Positions 58,630 through 64,000 of a stretch of DNA of 64,000 nucleotides are shown here, one piece after another. A model generated the notes under the pieces. The model saw only the letters and a list, made by a program, of their open reading frames with translations, did no database searches and was not told where the DNA came from. The position numbers and the translations under genes were made by a program. Origin of the DNA: Candidatus Nomurabacteria bacterium. Its GTDB lineage: Bacteria > Patescibacteriota > Minisyncoccia > Phycocordibacterales > UBA5272. The stretch lies in the NCBI GenBank assembly GCA_040376695.1, contig JBEIQD010000001.1, positions 15,615 through 79,614 on the forward strand. Reading direction: 5' to 3'. How positions within the stretch are numbered: the stretch's first letter is position 1; every line of letters begins with the position of its first letter.

Positions 58630-59169
58630 CTAAGTAGTTCTTTTTAGTTGAGAACGAAGTTCTTTATAATTAGGAATTGTTTGTTCAATCAGTGCCCAAA
58701 ATTTCTTAGAATGATTAAATTCTCCGAGGTGACATAGTTCGTGTACGATAAGATAATCTGCGACTTCAGGTGCTAGAAAGAGTATTCTATAACTAAAATT
58801 AAGATTACTTTGTTTTGAACAGCTCCCCCACCTTGATGTTATGTTTTTTACTGCAATATTCCTCCACGCATATCTGTAATGAATATTGAAATGAAGAAGT
58901 CTTTCTTGGATAAGTGTAAGAGCTTGTTGTTTAAAATCTTCAAAATCCTTTTTGTTATTTTTTGGAATGAGAGAACGAGGAGATTGTTCTATTCTTTTTT
59001 GTATAAGAGATACTTTCTTTTCTATCCAAATATTTTTTTCCTGAACAAATTCTTCAGCTCTTTGTATATTCATTCGATGCGGCACTGTTACAATAACCCT
59101 CATGTCAGAGCCAATAGTTATCCGTAGATGACGCGCGCGGACACTTCTCTTGAATTCGTAGCTAATCAT
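58630..59169 (-). CDS. YgjP/DUF45-like zinc metallopeptidase family protein
   Basis: SRWGSCS, DYLIVHELCHL..FNHSKKFW. Confidence 0.9.
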   Translation of the reverse strand: MISYEFKRSVRARHLRITIGSDMRVIVTVPHRMNIQRAEEFVQEKNIWIEKKVSLIQKRIEQSPRSLIPKNNKKDFEDFKQQALTLIQERLLHFNIHYRYAWRNIAVKNITSRWGSCSKQSNLNFSYRILFLAPEVADYLIVHELCHLGEFNHSKKFWALIEQTIPNYKELRSQLKRTT

Positions 59170-60071
59170 TAGTACCAGCAGATTACTGGATTTTGCCCCC
59201 AGGTTTGTTGTATATAAGAACGTACATCATAGAGCGACCCTATTTCGTCAATAAGTCCAGCTTTCTGTGCAGCAACACCTAAAAGAGTAGAGCCGTCTGC
59301 TAGTTCTCGTATTTTTTCTATAGCTAGATTTCTGTTGAGTGCAACTGATTCAAGAAAGTTCTCATGGACGATTTTCACGTCGCGTAAAATAAGATTTTTT
59401 TCATCATCTGTAATTGCTTTGTCAGGGTTCCCAACATCTTTATATTTTCCAGTAGAAAGCTGGATAAAAGTAGTATCTTTATCAATGTTTTCTCCATATG
59501 AGGCAGTCACTCCAATTCCTCCTACATCAGAATTTTTAGAAGCGAAGATTGGTTTTGCTGGACTTATTGCCCAGTAAGCAGCTGATGCACCAATGCTCCT
59601 TATAAGGCCAATAACAGGTTTATTTGAGCGCTTAATAGATTCGGCTATTTCTTCTCCTGCAACAGGACTACCTCCACCTGAATCAATTTCAACGATAATG
59701 GCATTAACCTGAGATGCCTTCTGCGCCTCGTCAATAATCATTGTTATATATTCACTAGAGATAATGTTTTTTTCATCTGCAGAAATTGATTGATCATCTT
59801 TCCACCATGGCGGTACGTAACTGGTAATTCCACCTCGTACGGCTACTCCTACCACATTACAAGCTTCTCCTGTGGTGGCGTTGTTAAGATCAAGTCCGCT
59901 CCCTTCATTTTTTTGACTTGAAGACGCCATGCCATCTTTGAAACCTTGTACAAATTCTTCTTTATTGGTTGTCATGAAAAGATAGGTAAAAAGAATGAGG
60001 CATCCTATTGTCCAACCAACAAATAACCATAGCGGGTTAGTCCATATTTTTTTCTTATTTTTTGTCTCCAT
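59169..60071 (-). CDS. sppA: Signal peptide peptidase SppA (S49)
   Basis: IDSGGGS, ASAAYW, GGIGV, TGKYKD, GLIDEIG. Confidence 0.88.
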   Translation of the reverse strand: METKNKKKIWTNPLWLFVGWTIGCLILFTYLFMTTNKEEFVQGFKDGMASSSQKNEGSGLDLNNATTGEACNVVGVAVRGGITSYVPPWWKDDQSISADEKNIISSEYITMIIDEAQKASQVNAIIVEIDSGGGSPVAGEEIAESIKRSNKPVIGLIRSIGASAAYWAISPAKPIFASKNSDVGGIGVTASYGENIDKDTTFIQLSTGKYKDVGNPDKAITDDEKNLILRDVKIVHENFLESVALNRNLAIEKIRELADGSTLLGVAAQKAGLIDEIGSLYDVRSYIQQTWGQNPVICWY

Positions 60072-60131
60072 GTATATTGTGTAAAGTGTAACTTTTCCGT
60101 CTTTAAAATAACAGCAGGTTATCCTATTTCT

Positions 60132-60638
60132 TTATAGTTTTCTACTATCGTATGCCCAATGAAGAAGTGCCTGACGTTGTCGAGTATTGCACGATACATC
60201 TCCTGCACGACATTTATTTCTAATTTGAGCCACATGACGAGTCATTGCTTTCCAGCGTTTAATTTGTCGAGCATCTTCAGTTGGTATTCTGCGCCCCATA
60301 TAGTAGCGACAATACCATTGGAACCAGCCACGAGGATCTTCGGGGTATATCCAGCCTTTAGCAATCCAAACCGATAATGGTTGGCTAGCGTGTACTTTAA
60401 AATAATTAATATCCTTATTTCTTTTTTCTGGTGATAGTTTTGCATGTGTAAACCAACTCCTTGGAAACTCTTCCTTGCAATCAGTCATGTATTTCCCACC
60501 AAAGACACCGAGCTCAAGCATTTCAAAAGGAGTAAGGTCTGGTTTAAATAACGGATCAAAGTTTTTACCCACAGGTTCTGTGAGTTCATAAGAATACTTA
60601 TTCTGCATTTTGTCATGCACTGTAACGATCTTTCCCAT
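60132..60638 (-). CDS. Conserved hypothetical protein (PEDPRGWFQWYCRYY motif)
   Basis: LTPFEMLELGVFGGKY, DPRGWFQWYCRYYMGRR, RQALLHWAYD look like a conserved family; function not assignable. Confidence 0.8.
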   Translation of the reverse strand: MGKIVTVHDKMQNKYSYELTEPVGKNFDPLFKPDLTPFEMLELGVFGGKYMTDCKEEFPRSWFTHAKLSPEKRNKDINYFKVHASQPLSVWIAKGWIYPEDPRGWFQWYCRYYMGRRIPTEDARQIKRWKAMTRHVAQIRNKCRAGDVSCNTRQRQALLHWAYDSRKL

Positions 60639-60643
60639 ATGTG

Positions 60644-60967
60644 TTAGTGCAAGTCTTTTTTCTTAAATGTAATTTCAGGCTGCTTCCCCGCTTCTTTTTC
60701 AAAAGGAGTCATAAGGTCATATGCCTGCATGAGTGTTTCAGAAATAATATCAGCTAGTTCAATAGCAGACCCAACATCTCCTGTGTCTACAGTAAATTCG
60801 TTTGCCTCGTCCAATACAATTTTTAAAATTCCTTGAGCGCTTTCAGTGACGAGTGATTTGAGCAGCTGTTGGACTTCATTGTTGAGAGAAAGACTTTCAA
60901 TGTAAGCTATATAAGTCTGTATTTCTGGTAAGAGTTCTTTTTCAAACTTGTTAAATGATCCTTCCAT
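60644..60967 (-). CDS. Hypothetical acidic protein (107 aa)
   Basis: Tightly packed in a minus-strand gene run. Confidence 0.6.
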   Translation of the reverse strand: MEGSFNKFEKELLPEIQTYIAYIESLSLNNEVQQLLKSLVTESAQGILKIVLDEANEFTVDTGDVGSAIELADIISETLMQAYDLMTPFEKEAGKQPEITFKKKDLH

Positions 60968-60971
60968 GCAG

Positions 60972-61367
60972 TTACCAGTTTAAGTATGTAATGGTGAGTT
61001 GAAGGATTGTCGCAAAACTTACCCAAGCAAGGTATGGAGTGTTCGCAAGCGCAATCCATCTATATTTTTTCCAAATAACAACCATAGCCCAGATAAGAGT
61101 TCCAAGAACAAGGAGTATATCAAGTGCAGCAAGAAAGTTATTTTGTAAACCAAATTGAATAGGAGTGAACAGAAGATTAAAGAGAAGGTTTAATTTGAAA
61201 GGTAAAACGACTTTCCAAGAAAGTTCACCCTTCCACCATTTATAGATGACGTATCCAAAGGTAATTGCAATAATTGCGTAGAGTATGGTCCATACTGGGC
61301 CAAAGAGCCAAGCTGGCGGCGCCCAGTCTGGTTTGATATATGTTGCGTATTCTGTGTAAGTGTTCAT
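60972..61367 (-). CDS. tspO: TspO/MBR-family protein
   Basis: KPDWAPPAWLFGPVWTILY, PYLAWVSFA. Confidence 0.93.
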   Translation of the reverse strand: MNTYTEYATYIKPDWAPPAWLFGPVWTILYAIIAITFGYVIYKWWKGELSWKVVLPFKLNLLFNLLFTPIQFGLQNNFLAALDILLVLGTLIWAMVVIWKKYRWIALANTPYLAWVSFATILQLTITYLNW

Positions 61368-61374
61368 GGTGTGT

Positions 61375-61488
61375 TTAGAAAATCATTCCAAGTAGACTGA
61401 GAATAAAATTAAGGAAATATTTAACTATATCCACAAATATAGAAAGAATTGAAATAATAAAATTGAGAAGCAGTTGTATGAGTTCCAT
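61375..61488 (-). CDS. Putative amphipathic micropeptide (37 aa), not in the ORF track
   Basis: MELIQLLLNFIISILSIFVDIVKYFLNFILSLLGMIF; TGGCATACT 7 nt before ATG; ends 7 nt before the tspO start. Confidence 0.55.
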   Translation of the reverse strand: MELIQLLLNFIISILSIFVDIVKYFLNFILSLLGMIF

Positions 61489-61516
61489 AAGATTAAGTAT
61501 GCCAGATTATCTTCCA

Positions 61517-61548
61517 CTAAGAAACCCGCCATGTGGCGGGTTTCTTAG
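61517..61548. terminator. Terminator (15-bp arms)
   Basis: CTAAGAAACCCGCCA-TG-TGGCGGGTTTCTTAG. Confidence 0.75.
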
Positions 61549-61569
61549 AAATAATTCGAAGCAAGAGTA

Positions 61570-61980
61570 TTATTTAACTTCTACAGTACTATCTGTGTTT
61601 GAGTTAAAACTGAACACTGATTTGAACCATAGTCCTATGCGAGTGAAAAATGAAGCGTTTTCATCGTAACTTGAGTCGGTATCAACCTCAACTGAAGTAT
61701 TAGCTCCTGCTGTAGCGTTGTCATTATCTGTTGTTACTGTTCCGTTCGCACCAACTGATGCATTTAACATGGTCGAAGCTTGATCTCTACTATTTGTAGA
61801 AGTGGCTTGTGTTGATGTGTCACCACGAAGTTCCGCTGATGATTTAGTTTCCGCTGAAGTGTTTGATCCGCCAAAGAATGTAAAATCTCCAAAACTAAGA
61901 GCGCTCGCGCTCGTTGCTCCGAAAACCATTGCCAATAGGACAGCACTTGTTCCTAGCGTCTTTTTGTTGATTGTTTTCAT
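61570..61980 (-). CDS. Secreted low-complexity Ser/Thr/Asn-rich protein
   Basis: Signal peptide ending ASA; amphipathic FFTRIGLWFKSVF near the C-terminus. Confidence 0.75.
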   Translation of the reverse strand: MKTINKKTLGTSAVLLAMVFGATSASALSFGDFTFFGGSNTSAETKSSAELRGDTSTQATSTNSRDQASTMLNASVGANGTVTTDNDNATAGANTSVEVDTDSSYDENASFFTRIGLWFKSVFSFNSNTDSTVEVK

Positions 61981-62079
61981 ATGTGTTGTATTAGTGTTTG
62001 GTAATAATAACCTTCTTTTGGTTATGTACTATATGATGACGCTTGTAAACAAAATATCTTACAAGCACTAGTATGAGGC

Positions 62080-62958
62080 TTATGCTTTACACGTAAACAT
62101 ATCTTGATTAAATCCACCAATACCTATTGAGGTCACACTGCCGTCGTCTAGAGTTCCTTTCTTCCACATAAGAATTTTTTCATATGGACGACAAGAGAAA
62201 CATCCGCCAATGTTTGTTTCCGGGTCATAGTTACCTTGTGGGCAGCTAAACTCGCCACTTTTTCGTGCTGCTTTTACACGAAGCGCTACTTCAAGTACAT
62301 CACGATATGCAGTCTCTGCATCAGGAAGTTCTTTTTCTACAATTTTGTTCTCTTCCAGATACCAGTAACTTGCTTTACTTACTTTACGCTTTTGAAGTGC
62401 GTTGCAAAGAAGAAGATAAATTGGAAGCTGAAGCGACCCTTCTTTCTCTTCATGTTTCCCTGTTTTGAAATCAATGATATGAAGCGTGTCATCGGGTAAA
62501 TATTCTAACCAGTCTACTTGCCCGTTTAAAATAATATTCTCATCTTCAGAAAGATAGTAATTTGGATTCATTTTCTCTTTTGGAAGTTTGATACGCTTAT
62601 TCACAAGAAATTTAGGGTCCTTGATAACCGTGTTAATCATCTCTTTACCTCGCATTTTAAACTGCTCTTCCATTTCAGGGGTTTCAAATCCTCCCTTGAT
62701 TCCCGTCACCTTCTCCCACTTTGCCTCAAAGAGGGCGCGCAAATCCCTATCCATGCGTTCGTTTGAAGGATATTCCCCAAGACCCTCAAGCACTTCGTGT
62801 ACAGCTATACCTAATGACATGTGTGGAGAAACAATAGACATTTTGCGTCCAGTTGCAGGATCTTTGTACATATTGTGTAAATAGTACGAGCGAGGGCATT
62901 TAAGAAAATCCCCCATCGAAGAATGTGATACCCAAACTGCTGTGTATTTGTCAGCCAT
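62080..62958 (-). CDS. PD-(D/E)XK nuclease (RecB/AddB-like domain)
   Basis: SHSSMGDFLKCP, GIAVHEVLE, GQVD...IIDFKTG, QLPIY, C-terminal Cys cluster. Confidence 0.88.
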   Translation of the reverse strand: MADKYTAVWVSHSSMGDFLKCPRSYYLHNMYKDPATGRKMSIVSPHMSLGIAVHEVLEGLGEYPSNERMDRDLRALFEAKWEKVTGIKGGFETPEMEEQFKMRGKEMINTVIKDPKFLVNKRIKLPKEKMNPNYYLSEDENIILNGQVDWLEYLPDDTLHIIDFKTGKHEEKEGSLQLPIYLLLCNALQKRKVSKASYWYLEENKIVEKELPDAETAYRDVLEVALRVKAARKSGEFSCPQGNYDPETNIGGCFSCRPYEKILMWKKGTLDDGSVTSIGIGGFNQDMFTCKA

Positions 62959-63078
62959 AATAGAGATAGTATATCAGTAAGTAATTTCATTATTCTGTTA
63001 ATTGACGATAGACAATTTATATTGTATAATTAGAAACTGTAAGTTCAACTATTCTCATATATAAGAAAGGTATTCACC

Positions 63079-63492
63079 ATGAGCGCAGCTGTTACGGGGA
63101 AGATTGCCCCAGGCACAAAACATGAAGAACTGATGAAAGTTCTCCAGCGGGCTATCACAGGTATCCAAGAGATGATTCAAAAACGCACGACACCCGCAAC
63201 CTTCTCACGGTTCGCGCGCGCGCTTTCTGAGGAAGAGCTGAAAAAACTTCCGCAGGCGCTCGCTTTGTTGGAACATGCTTCCAAATATGCCACTCATCAA
63301 AAACTGGAAGATCTCACTGTTGCAATGGTGTGTGAATCCAAGGCCCTGGTTGGACGTTTCAAGCTTGCCCACCTCAGAACGGTTATGGATATGTGGCGTC
63401 TGTCGCCAGATGTTCTCATTGGACTCCTCGAGCAATGTGAAGAGCTGGGCGTCAAAAATGAACTCCACATGTACCTCTTTGTCCGTCGCTAA
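63079..63492 (+). CDS. Orphan hypothetical protein (137 aa)
   Basis: TTGACG(63002)-17 bp-TATAAT(63025); AGAAAGGT SD; terminator at 63507-63537. Confidence 0.75.
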   Translation: MSAAVTGKIAPGTKHEELMKVLQRAITGIQEMIQKRTTPATFSRFARALSEEELKKLPQALALLEHASKYATHQKLEDLTVAMVCESKALVGRFKLAHLRTVMDMWRLSPDVLIGLLEQCEELGVKNELHMYLFVRR

Positions 63493-63506
63493 AAACCACG
63501 AACTAC

Positions 63507-63537
63507 AAAAGTCCCTCATAGGAGGGCTTTTCTTTTT
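63507..63537 (+). terminator. Rho-independent terminator
   Basis: AAAAGTCCCTC-ATAG-GAGGGCTTTTCTTTTT. Confidence 0.7.
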
Positions 63538-63658
63538 GTTAGAACATGTTGATTATCTATTGACTTTACCTTGAAATTATTGTAAATTAAAGACGATAAG
63601 AAATATGGGGACTTCCTCATTTGAATAACACGGTTCTTTTAAAAAAGAGGAGTTTTAA

Positions 63659-64000
63659 TTGAAAAAACAACCACCACCAAACATGCAACAGATTTTTGCT
63701 TTGCAGCGCGCTCTCATGGCCGCCATAGCAGATTCAAAACTACTTCCTCGTGGTAATGAGGAGTTTGAAAAAACGAAAGCTTCTGCCCGTGCGGTGCTTT
63801 CATTGGCATGGGTCGAACTTGAAGGTCGCCGGCGAGGAAAAACGCGAGATGATCTTCCGACCACCTTCTTGTTTAGCCCTCGCTGTCTTGATTTGGAGGC
63901 AGGAGTGAAGCTGAGAGTACTCCTGCACGATGAGTTTCCAGAAATGGAGAAATTAAGCGGACTCCGTCAGTTTTCACTCATTGAAGTGGAGAGGATTTTC
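63659..64000 (+). CDS. Orphan hypothetical protein, partial (runs off the window end), not in the ORF track
   Basis: TTGACT(63560)-17 bp-TAAATT; GAGGAG SD at 63647-63652; TTG start, MKKQPPPNMQQIFALQRALMAA..., open for 114 codons. Confidence 0.7.
   Translation, partial: MKKQPPPNMQQIFALQRALMAAIADSKLLPRGNEEFEKTKASARAVLSLAWVELEGRRRGKTRDDLPTTFLFSPRCLDLEAGVKLRVLLHDEFPEMEKLSGLRQFSLIEVERIF

Noticed and set aside
62080-62958. PD-(D/E)XK nuclease as Cas4 or a defence system
   Set aside because: No cas genes, array or defence partners nearby; it fits a stand-alone RecB/AddB-like repair nuclease.
63655-63864. Minus-strand 69-aa ORF
   Set aside because: It is antisense to the plus-strand ORF from 63659, which has a promoter and SD.
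1-64000. CRISPR array, rRNA, intact tRNA, IS element or integrase
   Set aside because: No regularly spaced repeats, cloverleaf, or transposase/recombinase motifs seen; intergenic gaps are short and mostly accounted for.
1-64000. Alternative genetic code (UGA=Gly, code 25)
   Set aside because: Core genes are full-length under code 11 with no in-frame TGA, and TGA ends plausible genes (e.g. MarR at 48811).
380-64000. Orphan cassettes as integron gene cassettes
   Set aside because: Flanking hairpins look like intrinsic terminators without attC RYYYAAC/GTTRRRY ends, the cassettes have their own promoters and are not arrayed, and there is no intI.

Overview
This is a gene-dense, AT-rich bacterial chromosome segment that reads as Patescibacteria/CPR, probably Parcubacteria. 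That call is inferred from the shortened AlaRS, AspRS, ProRS and HolB proteins, a baseplate-J-like membrane protein, a split dcw cluster and genetic code 11. Most of the window is housekeeping: mreB x2/mreC/PBP2, mraZ-rsmH-ftsL-like-ftsI, mraY-ftsW-murG, six aminoacyl-tRNA synthetases, infA-rpmJ-rpsMKD-rpoA-rplQ-rplM-rpsI, grpE-dnaK-dnaJ, scpAB, a MarR-RND efflux unit, rlmB and lexA. I found no CRISPR array, rRNA, intact tRNA, integrase or transposase. The main observation is two separate expression grammars. Many core genes have a (TGn)TAnnnT -10 box 6-7 nt before ATG (leaderless), and the ribosomal protein genes lack Shine-Dalgarno sites. Nine scattered single-gene orphans instead each carry an SD-like site, usually a -35/17-18 bp/-10 promoter and a neighbouring terminator hairpin. 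Other points of note are a promoter-to-terminator ~65-nt sRNA candidate, a 50-aa two-helix ORF at the mreD position, several unannotated membrane micropeptides, MraZ and LexA operators, and long near-loopless palindromes. All calls are by eye; no database searches were run.
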